NCBI GenBank assembly: GCA_964604125.1
Contig: CAZRXR010000003.1
Span: 2,593-66,592 of the forward strand
Source of the DNA: an uncultured Synergistaceae bacterium
GTDB lineage: Bacteria; Synergistota; Synergistia; Synergistales; Dethiosulfovibrionaceae
Length of the DNA stretch: 64,000 nt
Direction of reading: 5' to 3'
Part shown: one piece after another, positions 48,679 to 59,089 of the stretch
Layout of the letters: the number at the start of each line of letters is the position of its first letter
How positions within the stretch are numbered: the stretch's first letter is position 1
The notes under the pieces: generated by a model
The model's database searches: none
Told to the model about the DNA's origin: nothing
What the model saw: the letters and a program-made list of their open reading frames with translations, nothing else
Made by a program: the position numbers and the translations under genes

Positions 48679-48728
48679 AAACGGGGCGTTCCTCTCGCGG
48701 ATTACGAGAGGAACGCCCCGTTTTTTTT
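48679..48728. terminator. Long-stem terminator between convergent birA and rsfS
   Basis: AAACGGGGCGTTCCTCTCG/CGAGAGGAACGCCCCGTTT 19-bp stem plus T tail. Confidence 0.8.
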
Positions 48729-48846
48729 CGCGCCGGTTATCCGCCGGGAACTCGAACTCCGCCATGACGGCGGCGGAGGGCCTGAGCCGTTCCGGCGCGG
48801 CTTTCGTTTCGCCGCCGCGCCCCCGCCCGCAGGGCGCGGGAACGGG

Positions 48847-49200
48847 TCATTCACGGCTCCCGTAGCGGGTCGTCTTCGCGTCGCCCCAGATGCGTTCAAC
48901 CTTGTAAAACTCGCGGGCTTTGACGCTGAAGATGTGCGTCACGACGCTTCCGGCGTCGATGAGCGTCCACTGCGCGCTCGTCGCGCCTTCCACCCTGTAC
49001 CGCTCGCGATATGCGTCGAGACAGTCTGTCACGGCGTTGACGAGCGCGTTCATGTGCACGTCGGAGTTGCCCGAGGCGATGACAAAGCTGTCGGCGATCG
49101 GCGTCAGCTCGCCGACATCCATCGAGACGACATCGATCGCCCTCTTGCCGAGCAGGGCGTCTACGAGAGATTTCTGTATTTTCGCGGTTTTCTCGTCCAT
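48847..49200 (-). CDS. rsfS: Ribosome silencing factor
   Basis: ADSFVIASGNS, EG..SAQWTLIDAGSVVTHIF, REFYKVERIW. Confidence 0.93.
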   Translation of the reverse strand: MDEKTAKIQKSLVDALLGKRAIDVVSMDVGELTPIADSFVIASGNSDVHMNALVNAVTDCLDAYRERYRVEGATSAQWTLIDAGSVVTHIFSVKAREFYKVERIWGDAKTTRYGSRE

Positions 49201-49210
49201 GGATGGCTCC

Positions 49211-50494
49211 TTATTTGTCGAGAAGCGACTGGATTCGTCCCATGACGGCCTCGTTGTTCAGCTTGCCGAGGATCAGCGTAACGGGATAGGACAGGGTGTT
49301 CTTTCTGATCAGCTTTTCGGAGATGCCGCACAGCCGCGACAGTTCCAGCGCCATTTGCAGCGTTCCCGCGTCGGAGTACTGCACCAGACAGTAGCGGAAG
49401 TCGGAATGTTTGGCGTTGCCGGTGTACATGACCTCGATGCCGGCCTTCTCGAACAGCGACGTGAACTTTCTGCCCAGCCCGGTTTGTCCCGTCCCGTTCA
49501 AAACCGCGATAGGCGTCTTGAAATGCCGCGCGATCTCTTTGAGATCGTCGCCCGGCTCGCGCGCGGGCGCGGTTTCGGGCGCGGCGTCCCCCGGGGCGGC
49601 CTCTGGGCGCGTCTCGGCGGGAACGTTTTCAAAGTTGGGATCCATCTCCTGCGATGTCTTTTGTAGGTCGGGGACGAAATAACTGACGCCGCCGATATAG
49701 GCCGGGGAGCCGGGCATCGTGAAGAAGCGGACGTTGCCGAGCCGCATGTCTTTCAGCTGGCCCGCAAGCTGGAGCGCCGCCTTGACGGGCATGTCCGTCT
49801 GGATCTCGGAAAGAGCCAGTTCGACGACCTCGGGGACGCGGGGCAGGATCGCCGGCGAGGTCAGCTTGTCGATGAACGCCCGGGCAAACTGCTGCTGTCT
49901 TTTCATGCGGCCGATGTCGCCCATCGCGTCCATGCGGAACCTCACGTACTTGAGGCCGTCCGCGCCGTTCATGTGCTGTTTGCCCGGCTGGAAGTCGATA
50001 TAGAGGTTCTGGACGCGGTCGGTGTATTTCATGCGCTTCGGGACGGCGATATCGACACCGCCTATCGCGTCTACGATCTTGGGGAACGACGTGTAGTTGA
50101 GGATCAGGTAATAGTTCACCGGCACGCCCGTCAGGTTGACGACCGTGTCGCGGAGCAGTTCGATGCCTCCGTAGGCGTAGGCGTGGTTGATCTTTTGCTG
50201 CTGCTTCTGTCCCTTGATCGCCACACGTGTGTCCCTGGGGACGGACATCACGGAGGCCGTTTTGCGGTCGATATCGACGCGCGCCAGAATAATGGTGTCG
50301 GAGCGCCGCACATCCGAAACGTCGTCTACTCCGAGCACGAGGACGTTGAGCGTGCCGTGCCGCTCGTCGAAGTCGATCGTCTTTTTGATTTCATCGGGAG
50401 TCATGCTGACGATCGAATAGACGCGAATGGCCGCGCCCACCGCGAAAGCCGCCAGCGCGAGCAGCGCCGTCAGAAAAATGCCGCCGCGTTTCAT
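49211..50494 (-). CDS. LCP (LytR-CpsA-Psr) family protein with LytR C-terminal domain
   Basis: Start MKRGGIFL plus TM; RSDTI, SVPRDT, KINHAYAYGG, YVRFR, DIGRMKRQQ, VLNGTG. Confidence 0.9.
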   Translation of the reverse strand: MKRGGIFLTALLALAAFAVGAAIRVYSIVSMTPDEIKKTIDFDERHGTLNVLVLGVDDVSDVRRSDTIILARVDIDRKTASVMSVPRDTRVAIKGQKQQQKINHAYAYGGIELLRDTVVNLTGVPVNYYLILNYTSFPKIVDAIGGVDIAVPKRMKYTDRVQNLYIDFQPGKQHMNGADGLKYVRFRMDAMGDIGRMKRQQQFARAFIDKLTSPAILPRVPEVVELALSEIQTDMPVKAALQLAGQLKDMRLGNVRFFTMPGSPAYIGGVSYFVPDLQKTSQEMDPNFENVPAETRPEAAPGDAAPETAPAREPGDDLKEIARHFKTPIAVLNGTGQTGLGRKFTSLFEKAGIEVMYTGNAKHSDFRYCLVQYSDAGTLQMALELSRLCGISEKLIRKNTLSYPVTLILGKLNNEAVMGRIQSLLDK

Positions 50495-50504
50495 GATCTT
50501 TGAA

Positions 50505-51158
50505 TCACGCTCCTTCTTCGTCGCGTTCCTGATACAGTCCGCGCTTGTAGATATATTGCTCCACGGGATGGGGCAAAAGGTACCGCAGATTTTCGCCGCT
50601 GGCGACGCGCTTGCGGATCTCGGTGCTCGAGATGGACAAAAGCGGTATTTCAAGGCGCAGCACTTTGCGGAGAACCTTCTCGCCGAGGTTGTCCAGACCG
50701 CAGCGCTCGTAATCGTACCCCGGGCGGTTCGCCGCGACGATCGTGCACAGGTCGGGGATTTTCTCGTACTCCGCCCACGTGTTCATCGTCATCAGCGCGT
50801 CGATGCCCGTGATGAAGAAAAACTCCACGTTTTCGCCCGCGTACCAGTAGCGCATTTCGCGTAGCGTATCGACGGTGTGGCTTGGATCCTCGCGTTCGAT
50901 CTCGATCCGCGACACGGAGAATCTGGGGTTGTCGAGCGTCGCCAGAAACGTCATCATGTAGCGCTCCTCGGCCGGCGTGACGTTTCGGTAGGATTTCTGG
51001 TAGGAGTTGCCCGTCGGGACGAAGATCACCTCGCCGAGACGCAGACGGCACAGCGCCTCCTGCGCCGCGAGCAGATGCCCGAAATGGATGGGGTCGAACG
51101 TGCCGCCCATGACGCCGACGCGGCGCGAAACCGAACCCGGCTGCGTTGCGGCCCGCAT
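50505..51158 (-). CDS. nadD: Nicotinate-nucleotide adenylyltransferase
   Basis: GGTFDPIHFGHL, FITGIDA, ISSTEIR. Confidence 0.95.
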   Translation of the reverse strand: MRAATQPGSVSRRVGVMGGTFDPIHFGHLLAAQEALCRLRLGEVIFVPTGNSYQKSYRNVTPAEERYMMTFLATLDNPRFSVSRIEIEREDPSHTVDTLREMRYWYAGENVEFFFITGIDALMTMNTWAEYEKIPDLCTIVAANRPGYDYERCGLDNLGEKVLRKVLRLEIPLLSISSTEIRKRVASGENLRYLLPHPVEQYIYKRGLYQERDEEGA

Positions 51159-51159
51159 G

Positions 51160-52470
<1,311 letters not shown>

Positions 52471-52559
52471 TCAACGGCAAGCGCCGCGGTTATTAAAAAG
52501 CGGATCCCTGTCAGCCAAGGATCCGCACTCAATCGGAACGCCAGAGAACGAAAAGGGAT

Positions 52560-52835
52560 TTACCGAACGACTACGACCTTCCGGGCGCCCTTTGTGGTGA
52601 ACTTGACGACGCCGTCCTTCAGGGCAAAAAGCGTGTAATCCTTTCCAAGCCCGACATTCACGCCGGGATGAAATTTCGTGCCGCACTGGCGCACGAGGAT
52701 GTTGCCCGCCTTCACGGCGCAGCCGTCGGTCTTCTTAAGGCCGCGGTACTGAGGGCTGGAGTCGCGACCGTTCGTGCTGTTGCCCTGTCCTTTTTTATGA
52801 GCGAAAAACTGCAGATTCATTTTGCCGAAAAGCAT
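52560..52835 (-). CDS. rpmA: 50S ribosomal protein L27 with N-terminal Prp-cleaved extension
   Basis: [11 protein letters not shown]|[19 protein letters not shown]. Confidence 0.96.
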   Translation of the reverse strand: MLFGKMNLQFFAHKKGQGNSTNGRDSSPQYRGLKKTDGCAVKAGNILVRQCGTKFHPGVNVGLGKDYTLFALKDGVVKFTTKGARKVVVVR

Positions 52836-53159
52836 TTATAAAGACACCTCCACAAATTTTACATAGCCGCCATACGCGCGCGATGTCTCGCGCAGCGCCC
52901 GGATGATCGATTCCGCGAGGACATTCTGCGCCCTGTCGGAGCCGGCGGCCCAGCGGATCTCCATGAGCGCCCCGCCCTCGTCCGCGACGGCGAACGGCTT
53001 GATACCCAGCACGTCGGCAAGGCCAATATAGAGCGTCTGCATGAGCGCGCTCACCGCCGCGCAGACGATATCGGAGCCGGCTTCGGCGTAACCGCTGTGC
53101 CCGTAAGCTTTCACGCCGACGGGCAGCGCCCCTTCGCGCGCGACCTCTATGACCGTCAC
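52836..53159 (-). CDS. prp: Ribosomal-processing cysteine protease Prp
   Basis: GHSGY...DIVCAAVS His/Cys dyad; between rplU and rpmA. Confidence 0.93.
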   Translation of the reverse strand: MTVIEVAREGALPVGVKAYGHSGYAEAGSDIVCAAVSALMQTLYIGLADVLGIKPFAVADEGGALMEIRWAAGSDRAQNVLAESIIRALRETSRAYGGYVKFVEVSL

Positions 53160-53470
53160 TCCGCGCCGACGGCGACGATTTTCACGTCCGTGAACGGCTG
53201 ACGGTGCCCGTGGAAACGGCGCTGGTTGGTCTTGTTCTTGTACCGCAGCGAGATGACCTTTCTGGACTTGCCTTGGCCTTCGACGGCGCCTTTGACGGTC
53301 ACGCCCGACACGTAGGGGGCGCCCACTGTCACCGTATCGTCGCCGCCGACGAGAAAGACCTTGTCGAACGTGACTTCGGCGCCCGCCTCGGCGTCGAGTT
53401 TCTCGACGCGGATCACGTCGCCCGGAGCCACGCGGTACTGCTTGCCGCCTGTTTCGATGATTGCGTACAT
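53156..53470 (-). CDS. rplU: 50S ribosomal protein L21
   Basis: True start MYAIIETGGKQY; GHRQPFT. Confidence 0.97.
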   Translation of the reverse strand: MYAIIETGGKQYRVAPGDVIRVEKLDAEAGAEVTFDKVFLVGGDDTVTVGAPYVSGVTVKGAVEGQGKSRKVISLRYKNKTNQRRFHGHRQPFTDVKIVAVGAE

Positions 53471-53477
53471 TCGTTTT

Positions 53478-53536
53478 CCTCCTCTCGCTGACGTCAGGTA
53501 CCTTTCGGGTTTGCGACCCGCGTCATGCGGAATAAC
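53478..53536 (-). ncRNA. Putative L21-leader-like structured 5' UTR
   Basis: CGGGT-CGCAA-ACCCG hairpin, then AAAGGTACC, CTGACGTCAG palindrome and GCGAG next to SD; resemblance to the L21 leader is from memory, not a covariance search. Confidence 0.45.
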
Positions 53537-53542
53537 GGTGCT

Positions 53543-53571
53543 ATTGTAGCGATATTCGCGCGTTTCGTCAA
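53543..53571 (-). promoter_or_regulatory. sigma70-type promoter for rplU operon
   Basis: TTGACG (53571-66), 17 nt, TACAAT (53548-43). Confidence 0.7.
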
Positions 53572-53608
53572 TCCGTTTTTTCCCGGCGGTTCCGCGTCCC
53601 GCGCGGGA

Positions 53609-54045
53609 ATGAGCGCACGGGGCGCCGCGCAGGCGAGGCGCCCGATGCCGAAGCTCGTCTCCCGCCCCGTCGGGAATTTCGAGACCGCCGACGACCGGCG
53701 GCTGAACATGATCCGCTCGACGAAGCCCGCCTTCACGCGGCTGCGCGACGACACGGAACGTCCCGAATGGAAAGAAAAATACGCCACCGTCAAGGTTCGT
53801 CTCGCCGAGCATGAATACCTCACGGCGGAATGTGCCGCGTGGTTCAAAAGCCGCGCCTGCGCCGGGGCGAAGTCCGTCTGCGACCGCGCGGGAGCGCCCG
53901 TCTTCAAGCTCATGAGCGTGAAGGACATCTTTGAGGATCCCCGGTACGCCCCATGGGACTTCCTCACGGCGGAGAAAAACGAGGGCATCCACGTCAAGAC
54001 GCCCGACTTCCCCGTGCCGACGCCCCCCCGGCTAAGTCAGACGGG
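53609..54045 (+). pseudogene. C-terminal fragment of a family III (CaiB/BaiF) CoA-transferase
   Basis: GNFETADD, FTRL...RPEW...YAT..VR, AAWF, AGAP...SVKDIFEDPRY, PDFP; N-terminal catalytic region absent. Confidence 0.6.
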
Positions 54046-54503
54046 GCGGCCAAAGATGGAAAATTCCAATCGTGAAATTGGCCGCTGCCTGCCCGGCTAT
54101 TTCGGAGAACAGGTCACATCTCTCGAGGTCAAGAGGTCGTCCGAGCGTCCAGCCGACGGCAGTCGCGGCGCGCTCCCAGCGCTTTGCCGGAAAAAGCGCT
54201 CGCGTCGCGGCACAAGCGAGCGAAGGCAAAACAGCGTGAAAAGGGGCGATCCTCCCCGGCGCGGAGAGTCGCCCTTTCCACGCTGAAAAAACGCGCCGTT
54301 CCGTCGCGGCGCGCCGGATTTTTTGACGTGTAAAAAAACGTTCGCGCGCCGCGTCTCCTCTTTTGCGGCGCGGCCCGGGCGTCATTTTCCGAAGCGAATA
54401 AAAACGGGGCCGCCCGCGCTGCGCGGACGATCCCGTTTTATCTTCGCGTTATCGACGGAACGCGCGTTTTCGGCGTTTTGCCCTTGCGCCGCCGGTGGCC
54501 GGC

Positions 54504-55028
54504 CTAGTTGGGCATCAGCAGGCCGTAGCCGCCGTCCTCGCGCTTGTAGACGACGTTGATCGCGCCGCTTTCGCCGTTGAGGAACATGTAGAACGAATGT
54601 TCCAGCAGTTCCATCTGCATCGCGGCCTCCTCGGGCGACATCGGGTACAGGTCGAAACGCTTCTCCTTGACGATCTTTCCCGCGGCGGGCGGCTCGTCCT
54701 CGACGGGCGCCTCGTCGAACGTGAAATCGCGGCCTTTCAGGTGCGCCCTGCCGACGAGGAACTCCTTGTGGCGGCGGATGCGGCGCTCCAGATTTTTCAG
54801 TCCGAGATCGAACGCCTTGCGAAGGTCGGCGTCCTTTTCCTCGCCGCGCATGATGACGCCGTCAACCTTGGCGGTGACTTCGACGATGTACGTGCTGCGG
54901 ATCAGTTTGACGGCGATCTGTCCCGCGATCCGCGGGAAGAACTTGTCCATCTTGGATAATTTCTTTTCCATGTACTCTTTCAGAGCGGCGGGAACTTCGA
55001 CGTTCTTGGCCATAAAACGGATCTCCAT
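54504..55028 (-). CDS. hpf: Ribosome hibernation promoting factor (long HPF)
   Basis: Start MEIRFMAKNVEV; ERRIRRHK; C-terminal PMSPEEAAMQMELLEHSFYMF, VVYKREDGGYGL. Confidence 0.93.
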   Translation of the reverse strand: MEIRFMAKNVEVPAALKEYMEKKLSKMDKFFPRIAGQIAVKLIRSTYIVEVTAKVDGVIMRGEEKDADLRKAFDLGLKNLERRIRRHKEFLVGRAHLKGRDFTFDEAPVEDEPPAAGKIVKEKRFDLYPMSPEEAAMQMELLEHSFYMFLNGESGAINVVYKREDGGYGLLMPN

Positions 55029-55221
55029 GCGAAAAGCCTCCTTCCAAAGAGCTTGCTGTTCTTGCAAGACAACTTTATCATAGCACGGCGTTTATTAAAC
55101 ATCAAGTACAGAATAAAAATTATTTAAAAACTTTTTGCCTATGGATTTTTAAGGTGATTTCTGTTACATTCATCACGCGGGGTTTGTTCCATACTTTTCG
55201 CAGTTGTAAAAAGGAGTGGTT

Positions 55222-56424
55222 ATGATGTCATTGACGTTGTCCCAAAAAGCCGCGAACATGAAACCTTCGGCGACGCTCGCGGTGGGCGCCCTTGCCAAGG
55301 AGATGAAGCGCGAGGGGAAGCCCGTCGTCTCCTTCAGCCAGGGAGAGCCGGATTTCACGTCGCCGCAGTCGGTGCTCGACGCCGGCATTGAAGCCATTCG
55401 CAAAGGATATACGCATTACACGGCGAGCAACGGCATCGCCGAACTGCGCGAGGCCGTCTGCGCCTACTACAAAAAACACTTCGGCCTCGAGTATGCGCCA
55501 AACGACGTGGTCGTCGGCTCCGGCGCGAAACCGGTGCTCTACGCCGCTCTGGCCGCGATTCTCGACCCCGGCGACGAGGTGATCCTGCCCGCGCCCGCCT
55601 GGGTCAGCTACGTGGAACAGATCCGCCTCTGCGGCGGCCGCGAAGTCCTCGTCGAGTGCCGCGACACGGGCAACGTGCCCACGATGGAGCGCCTGAAGGC
55701 CGCCGTCTCGCCCAGGACGAAGTGCATTCTCCTCAACAGCCCCAACAACCCCACCGGCGCTGTGTACGGCGCGGAACTGATGAAGGGCATCGCGCGGCTT
55801 GCCCTCGACCACGAACTCATCATCATCAACGACGAGATCTACGAGCGTCTCGTCTACGGCGACGCCAAGTTCACGCAGATCCTCAACGTGTGCCCCGCCG
55901 TCAAGGACAGGACAATCATCATCAACGGCATGAGCAAGGCTTTCGCGATGACGGGCTGGCGCATCGGCTATGCCATCGGGCCGGGCAAGTTCATCAAGGC
56001 CATCGGCAGCATTCAGGGACACCTGACCTCCAACGCCTGCTCCATCGCGCAGTATGCCGCTCTCGGCGGGCTGCGCGGCGCCGACGACAGCGATGTCGAA
56101 AAGATGCGTCTGGCCTTCGCCAAACGCCGCGAGCTTGTCTTCAGCCTTCTCGACGCGATACCGGGCATCTCCTACATCAAGCCGGACGGCGCTTTCTACG
56201 TGATGATCGACCTGAAGAACCTGCTCGGCAAAAAGCATGGCGATGTCGTGCTCGCCGACGACGCCGTCCTCTGCTCCGACCTGCTCAAGACAAAATATCT
56301 GGCCGTCACGCCGGGAAGCGCTTTCCTCGCCGACGGCATGATGCGCATCGCCTACGCGAACTCCGAGGAGGACATCCGCGAGGGGCTGCGCCGTTTCGCC
56401 GAGTACGTCTCCGAAATCGCATAA
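55222..56424 (+). CDS. PLP-dependent class I/II aminotransferase (aspartate aminotransferase-like)
   Basis: GEPDF, NSPNNPTG, DEIY, NGMSKAFAMTGWRIG, GAFY. Confidence 0.9.
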   Translation: MMSLTLSQKAANMKPSATLAVGALAKEMKREGKPVVSFSQGEPDFTSPQSVLDAGIEAIRKGYTHYTASNGIAELREAVCAYYKKHFGLEYAPNDVVVGSGAKPVLYAALAAILDPGDEVILPAPAWVSYVEQIRLCGGREVLVECRDTGNVPTMERLKAAVSPRTKCILLNSPNNPTGAVYGAELMKGIARLALDHELIIINDEIYERLVYGDAKFTQILNVCPAVKDRTIIINGMSKAFAMTGWRIGYAIGPGKFIKAIGSIQGHLTSNACSIAQYAALGGLRGADDSDVEKMRLAFAKRRELVFSLLDAIPGISYIKPDGAFYVMIDLKNLLGKKHGDVVLADDAVLCSDLLKTKYLAVTPGSAFLADGMMRIAYANSEEDIREGLRRFAEYVSEIA

Positions 56425-56481
56425 CCTTTCTTTCGGGCAAAGCCGGACGCGGGGACGTTCGGCTTTGCCTCTTTCGCCGTT

Positions 56482-56511
56482 CCCGGCCGAACCCGCGCGG
56501 GTTCGGCCGGG
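56482..56511. repeat. Perfect 30-bp loopless palindrome
   Basis: CCCGGCCGAACCCGC|GCGGGTTCGGCCGGG. Confidence 0.9.
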
Positions 56512-56612
56512 CCGGGGGACGGAAAACTTTTTCGTCCCGGCGCGAAAAACGTCATACCTTTTGTGCCGCGCGACGCGGCGCTTTATTCATTTTAACGGGA
56601 GGTCTTTGCGCA

Positions 56613-57923
56613 ATGTTCAGGATCAAGGAAGCGGGCAGTTCTGTCCGCACGGAGATCATGGCGGGCTTCACGACGTTCATGACCATGGGCTACATCGTTT
56701 TCGTCAACCCCAGCATTCTCGCGGACGCGGGCATGCCCTTCGACGCCGTGATGGTTTCCACCTGTCTGGCCAGCGCTATCGGCACCGCGCTGATGGCGTT
56801 TCTGGCGAACTACCCCGTCGCTCTTTCGTGCGGCATGGGGCTGAACGCCTTCTTCGCCTACACGGTCGTCCTGACGATGAAGGTGTCCTGGCAGGTGGCG
56901 CTGTCCGCTATCCTGATCGAGGGGTTCATCTTCATCGTTTTGACGCTGACCCGCATACGCGAGTCCGTCGTGAACGGGATTCCCAAGTCGCTCAAGGTGG
57001 GCATCGCGGCCGGCATCGGTTTCTTCATCGCCCTGATCGGTTTCCACGGGGCCGGGATCGTCGTCGCCAACCAAGCCACGCTCGTCGGCCTGGGCGATTT
57101 GACCGCCAAGCCTGTCCTGGTGGCGATTTTCGGCTTTCTCGTCACCGTGGCCCTCGAGTGCTACCACGTCAAAGGCGGTATCCTCTGGGGCATCCTCGCC
57201 GCGACCGCCGTTTCCGTGCCGGCCGGACTGTCGAAGATCCCCGCGTCGTTCGTCTCGCTGCCGCCCTCGATCATGCCCATTTTCATGAAGTTTGACTTCT
57301 CGATGATCGGCTCCGCGGCCTTCTGGGGGGTCGTCTTCACGTTCTTCTTCGTCGATTTCTTCGACACGGTCGGGACGCTCGTCGGCGTGAGCATGAGAGC
57401 CGGGCTCCTCGACGAGAACGGCAACCTTCCGCGCGCCCGTCAGGCCCTTCTGGCCGACGCCATAGCGACCTCCGTCGGCGCCGCGCTCGGCGTCACGACG
57501 GTGACCTCGTTTGTCGAAAGCGCCTCGGGCGTCGAGCAGGGCGGTCGCACCGGGCTCACTTCCCTTACTGTCGCCGTGCTGTTCCTGCTGGCGATGTTCT
57601 TCAGCCCGCTCGTCTCCATGGTTCCGGGCGCGGCCACGGCTCCCGCTCTGATCATCGTCGGCGTGTACATGATGATGAGCCTGCGCGAGCTTGATTTCAG
57701 CGATTTCACCGAGGCTATCCCCGCGGCCGTCGCCGTGTTCGTGATGCCCTACACCTACAGCATCGGCAACGGGATCGAGTTCGGCACGCTGACTTACGTC
57801 GCGACGAAACTCCTCACTGGCAAGGTCAAACAGATCAGCCCCATCCTCTGGCTGCTCGCCGTTCTTTTCCTCATCAAGGAAAGCAGCGCCTGGTGGCTCC
57901 CGCTTTTGAGCGTGGCCCACTAG
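56613..57923 (+). CDS. NCS2/AzgA-type nucleobase permease
   Basis: Start MFRIKEAGSSVRTE (SD GGGAGG); GMGLNAFF, DFFDTVGTL, FVESASGV..GGRTGL. Confidence 0.92.
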   Translation: MFRIKEAGSSVRTEIMAGFTTFMTMGYIVFVNPSILADAGMPFDAVMVSTCLASAIGTALMAFLANYPVALSCGMGLNAFFAYTVVLTMKVSWQVALSAILIEGFIFIVLTLTRIRESVVNGIPKSLKVGIAAGIGFFIALIGFHGAGIVVANQATLVGLGDLTAKPVLVAIFGFLVTVALECYHVKGGILWGILAATAVSVPAGLSKIPASFVSLPPSIMPIFMKFDFSMIGSAAFWGVVFTFFFVDFFDTVGTLVGVSMRAGLLDENGNLPRARQALLADAIATSVGAALGVTTVTSFVESASGVEQGGRTGLTSLTVAVLFLLAMFFSPLVSMVPGAATAPALIIVGVYMMMSLRELDFSDFTEAIPAAVAVFVMPYTYSIGNGIEFGTLTYVATKLLTGKVKQISPILWLLAVLFLIKESSAWWLPLLSVAH

Positions 57924-58040
57924 CTTTTGCCCGCCGAGCGGACACGAAAAAAAAAGGAGCACCCTTCCTAGAGAAAGTTGGATCTGGTGATTTAATAAAA
58001 CGGGTAAATTTTAACTGACAATCTTCATTCGACAGAACGA

Positions 58041-58090
58041 AAAAAAACGGCCATACAAGAGCGTAAATGCTCTCGCGTGGCCGTTTTTTT
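58041..58090. terminator. Bidirectional terminator-like hairpin
   Basis: AAAAAAACGGCCA...TGGCCGTTTTTTT with inner AGAGC/GCTCT stem. Confidence 0.7.
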
Positions 58091-58512
58091 GCCGATATTT
58101 AAGCGACGGCGGACGGAAGATTTCGTTTACATCCTCCCCGAACGATGCTCGCAAGCAGCGACGAGCGTTCGTCGTTGGCTGAAATCTACCAAAAATGTCT
58201 CATCCAATCCTTTTTTCCGCCGCTTACTATATGCCGGTGAAATTACACCGCCAGCGCACCGTTTCAACCCCGCGAACAGTGGTTCTGACGGTGTATCGAT
58301 AGTTCGGTTATGCGGAATGATTAAACAACTAAACATATTATGAATCTCCTAAATGCTCTTACGACATATGAGAATTATTCGCTGTGACGGACTTTACTTA
58401 AATGGCACTCCTTCGGACTAAACAGAAGAAAATGTCAAAAATCGGTAAAGAAAAATACTGTTATTTTTCGCTATTTCTGCTTATAACATCGAAAGATGAA
58501 GGAGTGTTGCGC

Positions 58513-58773
58513 ATGGCACTCACCGTCAACGTTATTTTTAAACCGAACAAGATGTGAAAAAAAGAACGAACCTGCGCCGGGAGATCTCTTTCTGCGAGCG
58601 CGGCCTTTACGATATTCACAAAGAAAGTCGGCGGGGAGCGTCACTTCCCGTCAGATGAGTCGGTCGATCCGTTCTATTCGGAAAACAATATCCGTCATCT
58701 GGAAAGCGTCCTGCGCGATGTGAGGGCGGGCAAGGCTCATTTTGCCGAGCATGATCTGATTGAGACAGACTGA
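58513..58773 (+). pseudogene. RelB/DinJ-family antitoxin interrupted by in-frame TGA
   Basis: MALTVNVIF, TGA at 58555, then SAAFTIFTKKV..ER.FP...VDPFYSENNIRHL...HDLIETD; TEQDVKK is in another frame; TGATG overlap with toxin. Confidence 0.8.
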
Positions 58774-59033
58774 TGAGTCTCTTGTGGGAGGATCGAGCGT
58801 GGAGCGAGTATCTGTGTTGGCAGACGCAGGATAAAAAGACTTTGATACGGATAAACAAACTGAAAAATGATATTAAAAGGAATCCCTGTCAGGGAATCGG
58901 CAAGCCGGAGCGGTTGCGGGACAATCTAAAAGGCTGCTGGAGCCGTCGCATAGACGAAACCAATCGTATTGTTTACTGTGTAGAGGGAAAGATTATTTAT
59001 ATTATCTCCAGCAAGGGACATTATGACACGTAA
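58773..59033 (+). CDS. Txe/YoeB family addiction-module toxin
   Basis: W.DRAWSEY..WQ..DKK, GIGKPE.L, WSRRI, NRIVY, GHY. Confidence 0.92.
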   Translation: MSLLWEDRAWSEYLCWQTQDKKTLIRINKLKNDIKRNPCQGIGKPERLRDNLKGCWSRRIDETNRIVYCVEGKIIYIISSKGHYDT

Positions 59034-59046
59034 ATATACCGATGTT

Positions 59047-59089
59047 GTACGAGCGAGAGGCGCGATTGAATCGCGCTTCTCGCTCGTAC
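59047..59089. repeat. Near-perfect 21+1+21 inverted repeat after toxin gene
   Basis: GTACGAGCGAGAGGCGCGATT-G-AATCGCGCTTCTCGCTCGTAC (one G-T). Confidence 0.85.

Noticed and set aside
56520-56612. Purine riboswitch upstream of the NCS2 permease
   Set aside because: The conserved purine-riboswitch core (UAUAAU...GGAUAUGG...UUUCUACC) is not present.
57955-58000. CCCTTCCTAGAGAAAGTTGGATC at the GC boundary resembles an IS3-type inverted repeat
   Set aside because: No partner repeat or IS3 transposase was found, and the resemblance is from memory only.
58127-58336. Short minus ORF vaguely like a GNAT fragment
   Set aside because: There is no convincing acetyl-CoA binding motif.
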